A stretch of DNA of 64,000 nt from positions 798,629 through 862,628 of the forward strand of contig WELA01001939.1 in assembly GCA_009602735.1 (NCBI GenBank), given 5' to 3'. The stretch is from Mesotaenium endlicherianum. Its lineage: Eukaryota. This document shows, piece by piece, positions 49,403 to 62,264 of this stretch; the stretch's first letter is position 1, and every line of letters starts with the position of its first letter. A program made the translations under genes and the position numbers. The notes beneath the pieces are model-generated. The model had not been told where the DNA came from, searched no databases, and saw only the letters and a list, made by a program, of their open reading frames with translations.

Positions 49403-51680
49403 TTTATGCTAGCCTAAGTGCGAAATGAGGATAGAGGACATACTTGCACGTGCAAGCTGCGCATGATCAAGCGGAAGCATGCACCTTGATAGACACGCAG
49501 AATGTGAGCTTCATGCTTTGATTTGGCGACTCTTGCCACAGATATAGGATTAACGCTTGAGCCAAATGGAGAATACAAGCCGCCCTGTAACAGCATCTGC
49601 GTGCATACCAGTGTTGAGTGTCTACCATGATGTCATCAACCCCTGCCTCAATATCAATGACAACCCATGCAGAGACATGGCCGCAAGAATGTGCATACTT
49701 TTGAGTGTCTCGTGTGGGGGTATTTGGTCACATGACATCAGGTCACCCATAAAAGCACACGCACGCACAAGCATGCAAAAGGTTGCACAAGCACGCAGGC
49801 AAGACAGAAGCAACTTGCCAACCTATGCGCTGAGTGGCCACAGCGAAGTGCGGGGATGCTCTGATGTCAGTCCCTAAACCAAGACCGCTGCCGCAGCTTC
49901 TTCACGCGCACGCGGATCGGGGTGCGCTAAGAGTCAAGTACCCAGACGCCATCTTGGCCCGTCTGTTGTCGCAAACCCCTCCTATTGCCTTGAAGCACAC
50001 CCACTAAGTAGCAGATCAGATTGTAAGGATCCACACCCTCACCACCTCTGACCAAGTCGCTATTCGCCCTTCGACACAGACATTAATCTCTCTCTCGCCC
50101 CCCCCCCCCCCNNNNNNNNNNNNNNNNNNNNNNNNNNNNNNCCCCCCCCCCCTTCTCTCCTTGATTACCTCTGCTAATTTCGGACGTCAATGAATAAGCG
50201 AATAGCGACGAGGAACACAAACTGGTGCCTGTGGAAGAACTAGTGCGCCTCTGCAGTTGCTGCCAGAGAGACCAGACCTGAAAGGCATCTCGACAGGCTG
50301 ATGAGCAAGGAGCTCGAGGGAGGCTGGCAAAGACGCGCAGGCGGTCAAATCACTCGTGTTTAGTGGGCCAGGCCAGGGCAGGGCGGGAAGGAGGGTCAGC
50401 CTGGGTTCAGACAAAAAGGCATATGGAGAGGAACAAAAAAAGAGGCAGACACAGACACGCAAAGAAATAGAGAGAGAGAGACAGACAGAGAGCCAGAAAG
50501 CAAGACTGACGGGTAGACGGCCAGCGGGCGCACCTCCTGGGTGGTCCAGGCGCGGGGCCCGGCGAGCGTGATGGTCTTGCCGTCCAGCTTGTCATTGCGC
50601 AGCGCCGCCATTGTCATCCGTGCCACATCCTGCACCAACAGCATGCCCGCCACCCGCCCGCCCGGCGACACAGCCCATGTCCGCTCAGGTCAGCACAGCA
50701 CAGCGGTGGCCACGGGCGCAGCCCACAAGATGCAGCCACAAGTGACGGGGGATAAGCGTCAGCATGCGGGTACGAGGGAGGGGAAATCCTCGCCTCCTCT
50801 GCTCGCGACTCCCTTGCTGCCATCGTGCACAGCCAAATGGAATGGAAGGGGTGGTGACGCCAGGTGCACCAGAGAGGGGCGGAAAGAAAGGGGGGAGGGG
50901 GGGGGAGGGGGGTAAGGCTCAAGGGCACTTGAGGTAAGGAGCTAACGCTAGCACTAGGGGCTGAAGGCCAGGGGCTGGTCAGTAACAGGTGAGTAAAATC
51001 AAGAGCAGTAGGAATCCAGCAGCCCTTCACCTGCGCCTGCATCTTGGCCCCTGTCCAAGTGCATCTCGGTTCATACTATTCGTGCAAAATGATTCCCACC
51101 CCCCTCTGGTAGAACTCTGCAGCAAATATTTGACTCCCTCACAGTCCTGCTGGACATGATGCGATCAATTATTTTTATCCGAAGCACGGTCAATTGGGAT
51201 TAGTCACAGATGTCCTTGCCAGAGATATCTGGGAGTTGCCTATGACTGCCACACTGCCGTTGAAACTTTTGCAACGGAAGGACAACATGGGCAAGTTTCT
51301 GGCGCAAATTGTCAGCCAATGGGCACAGCAGCTCCGGGACAGGTGTCAGGGGGGGGCTGTTTTACCTGAGTGTCCAGGTAGGCTACTCTGGTGGGCGCGT
51401 CAGTGCCCCACACCGACTTCTCCTCCAAGATGGGCACCGCATACTGGCCAATCAGCGCCTGCCAGGTGGACACAGACGGATGGCGCGTGGAGAGGATCAG
51501 AGGTGGACAGTTGCTAGTCTGACGTGTGCTGAAACATGTCAAGCACCAGTGGGCGAGGATGCTGGCTGTAGGTCCCCATTGGTCGAATGTGAAAAGCCAT
51601 CAGTTACTTGTAGAGCCTTGAATGGAAATGTCCGTCATGCACAGCTTAAACCTCGAAAACCTATGTAGATACAGTTACAG

Positions 51681-51754
<74 letters not shown>

Positions 51755-53674
51755 NGAGAGAGAGAGAGAGAGAGAGAGAGAGAACACACAACCAACTTCA
51801 TGGACACCACAGGCACATCCTGTACACCCACTCACGCAGGGCTTCCCAGTTCTGAAAGCGCATCTAGCACTTCGGAGAGACTGACTAAGGCAGACCAAGG
51901 TTGATGAGTTAGGCAGGCGACTGTGCGGAACACGAAGCCCCCGTCTCCTTGCGTTCACCTCAGGCCACCTGAGGGTACGCCGAGGGCAGCCGGAACTTAA
52001 GAAGCCCGCAGACTTGCTCCATACACAAAACGAGGGGAAGAGAAAGGAATGTGGAAAGGAGAAAGCGGGAGGATGGGAGGGGAGGGGAGGGGACCGGGGG
52101 GTGCACGGGAGCGAGCAAGCGAGCGAGCGGGTGCGGGTGGGGATGGGGGTGCGAGAGGCGGTGCGAGAGGCGGTGCATGCGCACCTGCATGAAGCCGCAG
52201 AGGCGGATGGTGGTGTAGTTGAGGCTGGTGGAGGCGAGGAACTGCTCGGTGCAGCGCTTGATCTCCATGAGGGGCACCTCGGGGTGGTTCTGGCAGTTGT
52301 GGATGGAGAAGAAGACGTACTTCTGGATGCCCATAGCCTGCGCGCACTCAATCAGCGCCACCTTGCCGTCCCAGTCCACCTGCAGGGCGCAAGAGGAGAC
52401 GGGGGCGGGGCGCGTGCCACGAGCACGTCCTTGAGTCAGCGAGTGAGTGGACTAGTGTGCGCGTAACACACGCGCGCGTGTGTGCGATTGGTGTGTGCAC
52501 GTGTGGGTGTGCGCGAAGGTGTGCATGTGTGAGTGAGTGAGTTGCCAACTGAGATTGCAAGTGTGAGCAGCGCCAGTGTGCGCATGCATGCATAGATGAC
52601 CGCGGGTGCATGCCTTCAAGTAATCAAGCGAGTGTGTGCATGCGTGGTGCGGGAGAGACATGAACATTCAAGAGCGATCGCCACGTGCTACCTAGCTGTG
52701 CACACCCATGGGCACACGTTACCTAAGTGACTGTATAATTGCCGGAGTGGTGGAAAGGGCAGAGGAGCCCTGTGGTGCTCAAAGTGTGCATCTGACAATG
52801 CGCTTTATACACGTGCTTGATTGTCACATACACATATACAGAAACACACACACACACACACACACACATGTGTGTGTGTGTGTGTGTGTATGTGTGCGTG
52901 CGCGCGCGTGCGTGCTTTGGTATGGGTAAGGAAGTCATATTGAACCGTGCAGTGTGTAGACAATCATCCCCGCAAGGAAAAGAATCAATCTCGCACGTTA
53001 ATCTTACCCCACAGCACTGAACCATATGGTAAAACCACATGAGGCCCAGAAAAGCACATGCTGCCCTGCAAGATCTGGAGGACAAGTCACTGATAGGGTA
53101 AGGCTGAAGAAACTTCTTTGGGGAGAAGGGCATCAAGGGGAGGCGAGAGGGGAGAAAGGGGACGGGAGGTTAGGGGAGGGGCCTTACAGTTCTGATGGGC
53201 TCCTCGGGCTTGCCAGTGGCGCAGTCGATGATGGTGTGGATGCCCACCAGGGCCGCTGGCAGCGTCTCTGGCTTGTTCAAGTCTCCCTGCAACACACACG
53301 CACGCACAGCCACGCCCCCACACACACGCACACCCATACACGCACACACAGACAGGAACACACAGGAACACAAGCAAATATTTTGCCTCAGAAGTCAGGA
53401 GGAGCTGGACCTCAAGTCAGGGTTGTGTTTGTACACATAAATGCCCGAGCAGTTGCACAAGGGCAGGCGGAAGCACATGAAGCGGGGTTGCTCTCCCTAG
53501 GCAGATGAGGGCATGCAGGGGGGAGTTTGCAAAAAGTAGGAGGAAAGCAGGTGCTAATGCTTGGGCACATTTGTACGAGCCAGAAGAGAGGGAGGGCAAA
53601 GAGGTGCTTGCCTCAGCCCCCTGGCAGTACAGTAGCGAAGATGGGCACACACACACACACACATATATATATAT

Positions 53675-53727
<53 letters not shown>

Positions 53728-56700
53728 NNNNNNNNNNNNNNNNNNNNNNNNNNNNNNNNNNNNNNNNNNNNNNNNNNNNGAGAGAGAGAGAGAGAGAGAG
53801 AGAGCGAAAGGGGTGGGGGGAGGGGTGGGGGGGGAGAGAGGGAGCAGAACCCACAAGGGGTCATCCAGACAGAGAGACGCAAAGTGGTGGGTCTTGACGC
53901 CCCTCCAGCCCCTGTTGCTTCCTCCACCTCCCCACTCTTCTATTTCATCGCACAGCAAAGCCTTGTGGCACCCAGGAACATATTCACCTGGGACTGTTCT
54001 GAGCTCCTAAACTCTCATGCTCTCCAGTGAGCAGCTTCTTGCCACGCACGCATGTATGCATCAACCAAATGACAACCAAATAGATGGCATGCTGCACTAA
54101 AATTGCATGAGATGGGAGAGTCAAGCATGGGCGCCCAGTCCCTACGTCCCCCCCGCCTCCTCTTCTTTCGTTCGCAAGCGCACGGAAGAGTATAAGGGGC
54201 GGCTTTGAGTGCAGAAGGTGTAATGAAGACATCTCTGATTGTCAGCGACTATACATGCAGACGACATAAAGTTAGCGGTCTGAGTTGGAACTGGGAGCCC
54301 AGGCATCTCCTGTGGCGGCATGCATGGGGAGTCCCGCGCCCCCACCCTCACGCCAGCAAGATGCAGAAGGTCCCTTGTTCTACCTTTGCACAGGCCCACA
54401 TGACTGCCAGGCAGCGATAGTCTGCCAGTAATGCACATCGGATCGTCCGACCAGAGTAGGGTTCCCGTGAAGAATTAATCACGCAGAAAAGACTCCACCC
54501 ATCAGACAAGAAGTCTTATGGGTGCGCAAGAAGTAGGCAAAACTGGGCAAGGTGTAACCCCAGGACACAACCAGCCCAGTACAGTGACAGGAATAAAGGA
54601 AATATTGGACACGTGCAGGAGGGCACGCAGGGGGGGAGAGGGAGAAGAGGGCAGGGGGCAGGGATAGAGTTGGGCTGGGGTGGGAGAGGCTAGGGGCAGT
54701 GACAGGATAGGGGAGGAGAGTGTGACGTGAGTGTACGTTGACGACGGTGGCACCCCAGTCGCGGAGGAAGTCGGCGGGAGTAAGGCGGGGTCTGACGAGG
54801 CATCTGACATCGTAGCCCTCGTCCAAAGCCTTCCTCACGATCTGACGGCCCAGAGTCCCCGTGGCTCCCACAACGAGGATGCTCGTGGTGCGCACGGGAG
54901 TGCCTGAAAATGCTGCGGAGGAGGCAGATGGGGACAGGGCGTTGCACTGCACGCTCCTCTGCCTGGTGGACGCAGCGTGGCCTGCCATGGCACGATGCAA
55001 CAGCAACAGGGAGATGTCAGCATGTTAAAAAAGGGAGGGTAGGAAGCGGGGAAGGGAGTGAAAGCTGGGAAGAACGGGCGGGGGAAAGTAAGAGGGGTGG
55101 CGGAAAGCGGGGGGGAAGGGAGGTGAAGCTTTTTAATAAGGCTAGAGTGCAATCCAGCACAAAACTGATCAGGGCTTCTTGGGCTACTGCAGAAAGGACT
55201 GCAACTCTTGGGCATACCAGAACTAAGAATGCTTGGTCAACACATGCTCTCTTTAGCACATTTCTACTAAGGAAACAGAGGTGTCTGAAGGTTCCCAAAG
55301 CGAGCTTCCTATCTGCGAGGAATTAAATAAGGGTCTTGGGGCTTTGCAAGCAAAATGATAATTAATAGTTTCCTTTTCAGCTGATCTTGGGTACTTGATA
55401 ACAGGGACGAAGAAAGGGAACCAGCCCCTGCTGAAAGCAGGCACATTCCGACCTTTGTTTCGACTGCTGCAGCATTATGAGCATGTTACTAGCTGTAATG
55501 TCACGGGGTGGAGAAGCAACAAGCAGATTTCTACAGCTTCTTAGGAAAGCCATCCACCATCCAGGTGATGAGATTGAGTCATCATTAGCTCTTACCCACC
55601 CGGAAGAACTTATCCCTGATCACTCTGCTGATGCTTGACATACTTACCTGGTGCCCAAACTGCTAATGTATGTACATTGACATCACTCTTGAAAGAACAC
55701 TAACGTGAAGAGGGAAACTTGTTCTTGACCACTTCAGTTGGTCTGTCAAATTTACTGTCCGCGTGCAATATATAGAAAGTTCATATTATGTCCAGAAAAT
55801 AATCTCAATACTCTGTAATGAAAGTGCAAACTCAGAAAGAGGCAGCTGGGTTTGAGTAGGCGGTTTGAAACATAATCAAATTGACAATGTAACCATGTGC
55901 CCCCATAGGTCCTGAATCCATAACTCGCTCACGGTTTGCCTATGGTTTAGGGAGGTCGCAGCAGAATGCTATGTGCACATAGTTGAGGTTACGACACAAG
56001 CAACTGCCTCCCAGCTCCTCCGTCTACCCACCTGTGGTCTTCCCTTACATTATGCTTCGCAGGACCACCCCAGTGCCAGCTTGTGAATATTATTCAAATA
56101 AAACCTTCTCCCAAGCTAAGGCTGCTGAAGGGAGCCCTCCATATGCAACAAGCTGATTCGCATTCTGCACCCATCTAAAAGGGACCAAATATATGTCCCT
56201 CTTCAGTTTACTGCTGTAAGGCAAGCCAGAGCGCTTGCATCCCTCAGGCAAGTGTTGAGAGTGCATTGGCAGAAACCCCCATGTGCGTCTTGTAGGGACC
56301 ACGTGACGTCCTATCCCAAGGCTTGAGACATTTGCTTGCTTCATGGGACCCTGAGCTTGAAAACTACTTCTTCCGGCTTGAGTTACACTGTTGTAAATGA
56401 AGGCCTGAAGATTAGGGGCTGAATATGAGGGAAGAGTGGAGGGCAACGTGAAGGTGATTGTGAGTGTGGGTGTAGGGTCGAGATCGGAAGTCAGGAAGGA
56501 TGTATACACACCCACGATGTCCTCAATCTTCTGGTTGCTGAGGTCGTCTGCAAGCATTGCTGTCGTCTCCTTGCGGCCATTCTGCGCATATTCAAAAAAA
56601 GATGACCAGGTCTATGTTGCACTCCATCCCAATCAGCCCTGACACCGTGGAAGGTCTGAGAGGCCCGCTAACCCACTACGGATACTGCCTAAGAAGCAAA

Positions 56701-57180
56701 TCTCCAGTTCAGAAGAGAACTACGTAAGCGGGAGGTAGGTGTATCAGCCACATAGTCACTATAGCAAAGTAATGTAGCTAGTCAAAGATGACGGAAGGCA
56801 TGTGAGCCTCCCACCCACTTCAGGAAACATAACTTCTAGCTGACATAGCCCAGCTTCAGTATGACATGAGAAGAGAAGACCTTGCATTCTAAAGGACAAG
56901 CTCCGCAAATGCTAGAGACATGCCACAACCTACTACGCAATTATTCGCAAAAAAGTGAAGTGTTCTCAAAAGAATGAGGCCAAGTTACCTTCTTCGTAGA
57001 ATATAAACGCAGATGAGAATCTGATTCTTTAGAGGAGGTCAGTCCATTGATTCTCCTCAATCCAGCAAACTGGACATTTGCAAAATTCTGCTGCGCCAGC
57101 ACTGGCCCAGCTGAAGCTTTTATCGTTCTTCCTGCGTTTATGCATATTGCAGCTTGAGTAAAAGCTGTAGTGGCAGCCAT
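48322..57180 (-). CDS. HCF244: HCF244 / Ycf39, atypical SDR (NmrA-like) photosystem II biogenesis factor, chloroplast
   Basis: Exons 57180-56989, 56581-56512, 54981-54737, 53286-53188, 52379-52185, 51458-51366, 50629-50534, 49106-48966, 48498-48322; phases consistent. Mature part [122 protein letters not shown]. Assignment of the first two (transit-peptide) exons rests on splice signals and phase only. Confidence 0.95.
49196..49400. repeat. (GA)n microsatellite with assembly gap
   Basis: Long GA tract with N-run 49272-49350. Similar GA/CT tracts at 1-50, 51683-51783 and 53681-53803; a GT tract near 18915-18970. Confidence 0.95.
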
Positions 57181-59289
57181 GATAACCTTGAGCTGTTTGT
57201 AGCTTCTTCTCCACTACAAGAGAGTGAAGCACAACAATGCAGCAGTACTCAAGTAATGAGATCCTGCCTGCCGAAAGGAAACGATGCCCTTCTAGAGTTC
57301 GAGCATCGGTTTGGGCTCAGTTGGGCCAGTAGCTGGTGGTAGGAGCTCTCCGCTCGAAGGGGCTCGACTTGCTAACGAGATGGTGTACGGAGGGACGGAA
57401 GTGACTGGACTACATGGTTTCACTACCACAGGCTTTCAGACCACGCGGAAAAATAACGACGTTAAGAAGTTATATGTTGGCCGTAGTCAAAATATATTAC
57501 TATCAAAAGCACGCATTCCGCTGGTAGAAAAGAATGATAAACAAGTAATAGATCATGCTCAAATTTGCGACGGGCGACCACTTGCGAGCCACGTCTGTAA
57601 TTGTCACCCAGCGCCTCCCGCGTGGTTTCAATAAGAAACAACGACGTTATTAAACCGTACGTGAAGCTCAGCCACATCAGCTAAAAAGGGACATAGGCCT
57701 CATGCTCTCGAAGAAGTGATCGACGAGGGTCTGCACAGCGAGTGCGGTCGTGGCCCTTTCTGCAGCACAGGGTGAAGGAACGAATGAAGGGGATATAGCA
57801 AAAGGGTACAGCGGCATTTTATTTGGTCCCCGTCTGGTCCCGTCTCCTGTCTTAAGTACTCAATCTGGTAGCCACTAATCACAACAGTAGTGACCAGATT
57901 AATATCTCGCAAAGAAGCACATCTCATGGAACAGTTTCTACAACAGTCAGTGACGACCCTCTTTTGAAGCTACTAGTATACTTTCTTAAAAACTTAATGT
58001 TCCTCCATTCACGTGCTAGATCTTTGGCACAGACCTCTGAATGTTATTTTGTCAAGAGTGTGATTATACTGCAGTTTCCAAACAGAGCGCAATATCAACA
58101 CTCGTCCTCTTCAACCGCAGGGTGTTGGGCAAAAAACACCAATGAAAAGGGAAACATTGGGGAAACAATGATGTCTCTTTCAAAAGCAAACAGTCCTTAC
58201 GAAGACTTTGCGACAGCTATACACGTATCCCTGTCCCGAGGCAATGAAGTTGTCTTACACATTGTTTCATACTTGAACTGTTGAGCGAGTGGGGAAGATG
58301 GTGCAGCACCTTGGGAAATAATGCATCGTGCCATCTGCTGTATGTATATACTTGTGCTCTCCTTCTCACAAGCACCTTGTTTTTCTCATGCTCATTCAAG
58401 CGTAGTAGCATCTGCTGGGTGCAAAATGTACAGCTCTAACTGTGACGTGCATAGCCTATTCGGGTGCATGAAAACATGACAAACATATTACTTGTTCCAT
58501 TTGCCTTCTAGGGTCATAAGCAAATGTATTTTCAAATTGACAGTTGCTCCCACCTCGTGGAGTTCGCGCACGACTGGCACAGCTTGCAATCAGCACCGTT
58601 ATATATAACGGAACCTTTTTCGACCAGCCTAAGGCAAACAGGTTCATCGCTAGCTGCAACTGATCGCAACAAATCCGCATTGTAAGCACAAGATGGCGGG
58701 GCCCCCTCTCATGGTTTACCTAGCCGAAGTAGAGCAAGCAAAAGGGTGTTACAATTCCAGAAAGCACCTACTGGCAATATACTCTCCATTATAACTCAAA
58801 ACATAACACATCCTAAAAAACAATGAGGTATGCCCGCCAATAAATAGCATTCTCGGTCACTTTCCAGCCACTTACTAGCTGACAAACTGCAAACAAGGTC
58901 ATTGCCTCAGGCTGTGCTGCACCCTCTGCCCTGCCTGGCAGGAACTTCGAGTCGTCCCATGAGTTGCAAGTCAAGGGGACGCTGCATGCTTAAAGTCCGC
59001 AAATTGCGAGTAAGAGGAGCACGCTGTATGCTTCAGTCGCAATCCAGGAGTTCCAAGTAAGGGGCACCTCGCATGCCCCGCGCGCATGGGGCTCAAGTCA
59101 ATACCCCTCAGCTGTGCTGCGAGCTTTGCCAACACCAGTACGATAGCTCTGTGCAGCTTGCATGTCTGCTGTTGGATCCGGAGAAACGTGAAATTCCAAC
59201 GTGCTACAAGCGCGTGCCCTTGCAGCCGAGTGCACGCAGCGCAAGTGGGAACTCAAATGCGGTCCCACGGCTAGATGGAGGAGAGGGCA

Positions 59290-61260
59290 GGTCATCGACC
59301 CGACACCTGGCATTTGCCATTTGTCCCGCCACGTAGCGCAGCGTCAAGCATCGCCGCCCTCGCGCAATACCGCTGCCACGTCCATATGCAGCTGCTGCTT
59401 ACATTTCCCTGCCGCCCAGCGCCATAAATTCAACATAGCACAAAGAATGCCTGTCAGCATGCCAGCACACCTCTGCACGCAAGCCGAGGAGGTCAGGCTG
59501 CCAGGAAAGGTCAGCACTTTCACAAGATCACATGAGGAGAGGCAGTCCAAAAGACAGGACTGCAAGATCCAGAGCCAGAGCAAGCGTCCAATTTTGGAGC
59601 ACGCTGTTGCATCATTGGGTAAGAACTAGACATCACACCATCCATGGAGTCTGAGGAAAGATGGGGGGCGGGAGGGCTCAGAGTCTTAAGAGTGTTGTCG
59701 TCAGATCTCATCATTGTATATGAGCATGTCCGACAAACTGTGAAGAAAATGAGCTCATCACAGCCGACCCAGCCCCTGCTGCATTCTATGAGGGAAGAGG
59801 AAGAAAAAGATACTGTTGCTGTCAAGGGGAGGTGCCTCCCAATATACGTATTATGGCATGATGTGGATGAGGCACAGTGAGTGAAGAGTCTAAAACAAAA
59901 CAAGGGTAGCTTCATGCTCTTGCAGCTGCACCCAAACCCCCGCCTTCCCCCTTCTCCTCTCCTATATGGGTCTAGGGGGGGCATTGCTGACCAGGCCCCC
60001 CGACAAGGGCTGAAGGTACGAGCGTAAACAGGAGACCCCAGCTCCCACGTGTGTGTCGTCCGCCTTCGAGTGCGTCAAGTGTTCTAGACGTGCCGCCCAA
60101 GCACGCCGGTAGGCGAGAGAGAAGGAGCGGCAGAGGGGGAGGGAGCAGCAGCGGGCAGCACACGCGAGCCGGTAGGAGAGGGGAGAGGGGAGAGGGAGAA
60201 GGAGAGGGAGAGGGAGCAGCAGCTGAGCGTGCGCATGCGAGCAGGAAGCCCCGGTGGTTCACACGCACCTTGCTCCTCCTCCTCCTCCAGCCCCAACAGT
60301 TCCTCCAGCTACGCCAGCTCAGCCACCCTGATCTGGTCCAGGTGCACAGGGCGCGCGGCCGCTGGCTGCGCCTCCATAGCTGGAGGGCGTAGGCAGGCTT
60401 GCTTGCAGGCTTCTTCCTGTTGCTGCCGATCTGCTTACTTTCTGTGACTCGTCATCGGCTACGTTGCGTCCCTACGCCACCTTGAGAGGGCCCGGCAGCT
60501 GGCTGCCCTGCTTATGCTCCAACGCCGGAAACTGCGGGCTGCAGATTGCTGTGAGGCACACCCTGCCGCCAGCTGGTCCTCCCAGCCCCGCATGACCGGC
60601 CCCGGCTGCTTCCTCCAGCTGTTCCTTGGGGGGAGGTGGGGGCGGGAGGAGCTCGTCACGGAAGTTGCCCTTGAGAAAATTCGATGCAGCCATCGAAGCT
60701 CTGGACCTTGAATGTAGGGGAGGAGGAGAATGCTCTGCACACCATAAAATACAAGGACGTTCGAATCAGAGCATGCACACAAAGTCATACCAGAAGTACT
60801 ACTCCTTCATCCCTCTTCATGTGAGGCAACTACACCCACCTTCCTCCCTCACCCTCTCTTCAACACATGGGCTTGCAGGCACGAATGTAAAAGGAAAAAA
60901 ACTGCAAAGGACACAATTCCATGATAGGGTGCTCACTACCTTGCTTGCTATATTGTTGCTCAGCTTCGGCCAATCACCTCCTGCTACTATGTCAGAGCGA
61001 ATATCGTCCATAGCCTAATGAACTGCAACTAAGCTAAGTGTAATGGAAATAGCAAGAAGGAAGTGAGAAATTTCAGCTGGGAAGATGAAGCATATGTGCA
61101 CGATGGCAAATACAGATAAAGACAAGCAATCCCTAAAGCTGCACCTCCAGCGCCAACATACAAGACAAAGAGAGAGAGAGGGGCAATACCAGCAGTGTGA
61201 CGTATGCCGAATAAGACTCCACGTCTTCTTGTAAACGTCTCGTTAACGACTTGCACCAAC
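59290..61260 (-). pseudogene. Possible decayed spliced gene, product unknown; weak Myb/SANT trihelix-like fragment
   Basis: Exon-like pieces with GT donors: ..LQEDVESYSAYVTLL| (to 61190), AMDDIRSDIVAGGDWPKLSNNIASK (61014-60940), a GC-rich block about 60706-60269 with in-frame stops, and DVAAVLREGGDA*RCATWRDKW near 59315-59385. Confidence 0.3.
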
Positions 61261-61458
61261 AATAAAAGGGAAGAGGGCGAAACAAGAAAAAGAGGGAACT
61301 AGAGCTGCATACTTTCTCACACAATGTAGTTCACTTGGCTGGTCCAGCCTCTGCGAAGGAATGTCACATGCCAGCGGTGGTTAATTAGCTGCCATAATCA
61401 GCCATAATGCAAGGCTCCTTGCGTGCCTTCAGGTTACAATGTAGCTTTGGGCTGCTTT

Positions 61459-61503
61459 GGGCCGAAGTCTGTAGGGCCGAAGTCTGTAGGGCCGAAGTCT
61501 GTA
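61459..61503. repeat. (GGGCCGAAGTCTGTA)x3 perfect tandem repeat
   Basis: Three exact 15-mers. Confidence 0.95.
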
Positions 61504-62264
61504 TAGGGACCCTCATTTGTGGCAATGACAAGCCCTCCGTAGGCGCGTCCGTACATATTGACGTACCACGCAACTAAACAACCTGCCAGTCTTTGGAGTG
61601 CGAGTTACGTATTGCATGAACCGGGTTATAGGATTTTTCTAAATAGTTAAAAATGTTGCGACTTACCAGGGTCCCACGTTTAATGAGCTTTGATACTTGG
61701 GTGGACTTAAATGCCCTTGGACATGTGTGAAGGCTAAAACAGGGCCAACGCTCTAAACTTACAATGAGGACGGGATATAGAAGACTTTTTGAGTTCAGCA
61801 ATGTAGTATAGAATTACGTCGGGCATCAGTGAAGGAGTGCTTCGTGTGTCACTTTTTGAGAATTTGTGCGACGACTTTAAACGCTCCGCGTGTCATAATT
61901 TCACATCTTGCGTTGTAGTAGAGAGCCAATGCTATCAGTTGACTCATATGAAGTGAAACTATGAGATGCCTGGCAAAGAGAATCAGGCTTGAACTTTGTG
62001 CAAAAATCAAGGGTAGAAGGTATCAAAAATGGCCGGGGGACTTGACATTTGGAGAGCTATAAAACAAAGGAAGCTCATATAAGAGATCACCATGGAGTTG
62101 GTGCACCCCGGCACGGCGCGTTTTTTGGCACTCTCATGGACTTATTAGCAAATGGCTAGGAATTGCTCTAAGAACCCCGCCATCAAGGTTCTCTGGAACC
62201 CGTCCCACATTTTGGTTTCTTAAGTTCACAATTTTAGAAATAGCATTAAGGTGTAGCATTAGAT

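Noticed and set aside
56090..56557. 155-aa ORF as an independent gene
   Set aside because: Only the first part is exon-like; after GTG G|GTGTGT it reads as a C-rich intron start, and the phase fits splicing to HCF244 exon 3.
57311..57330. Site II (TGGGCY) motifs upstream of HCF244 and RGP1
   Set aside because: Six-mers expected by chance; transcription start unknown.
61380..62260. piggyBac left TIR with TTAA target site
   Set aside because: Several TTAA sites but none followed by a convincing CCC-type terminus or matched in the 39-42 kb copy.
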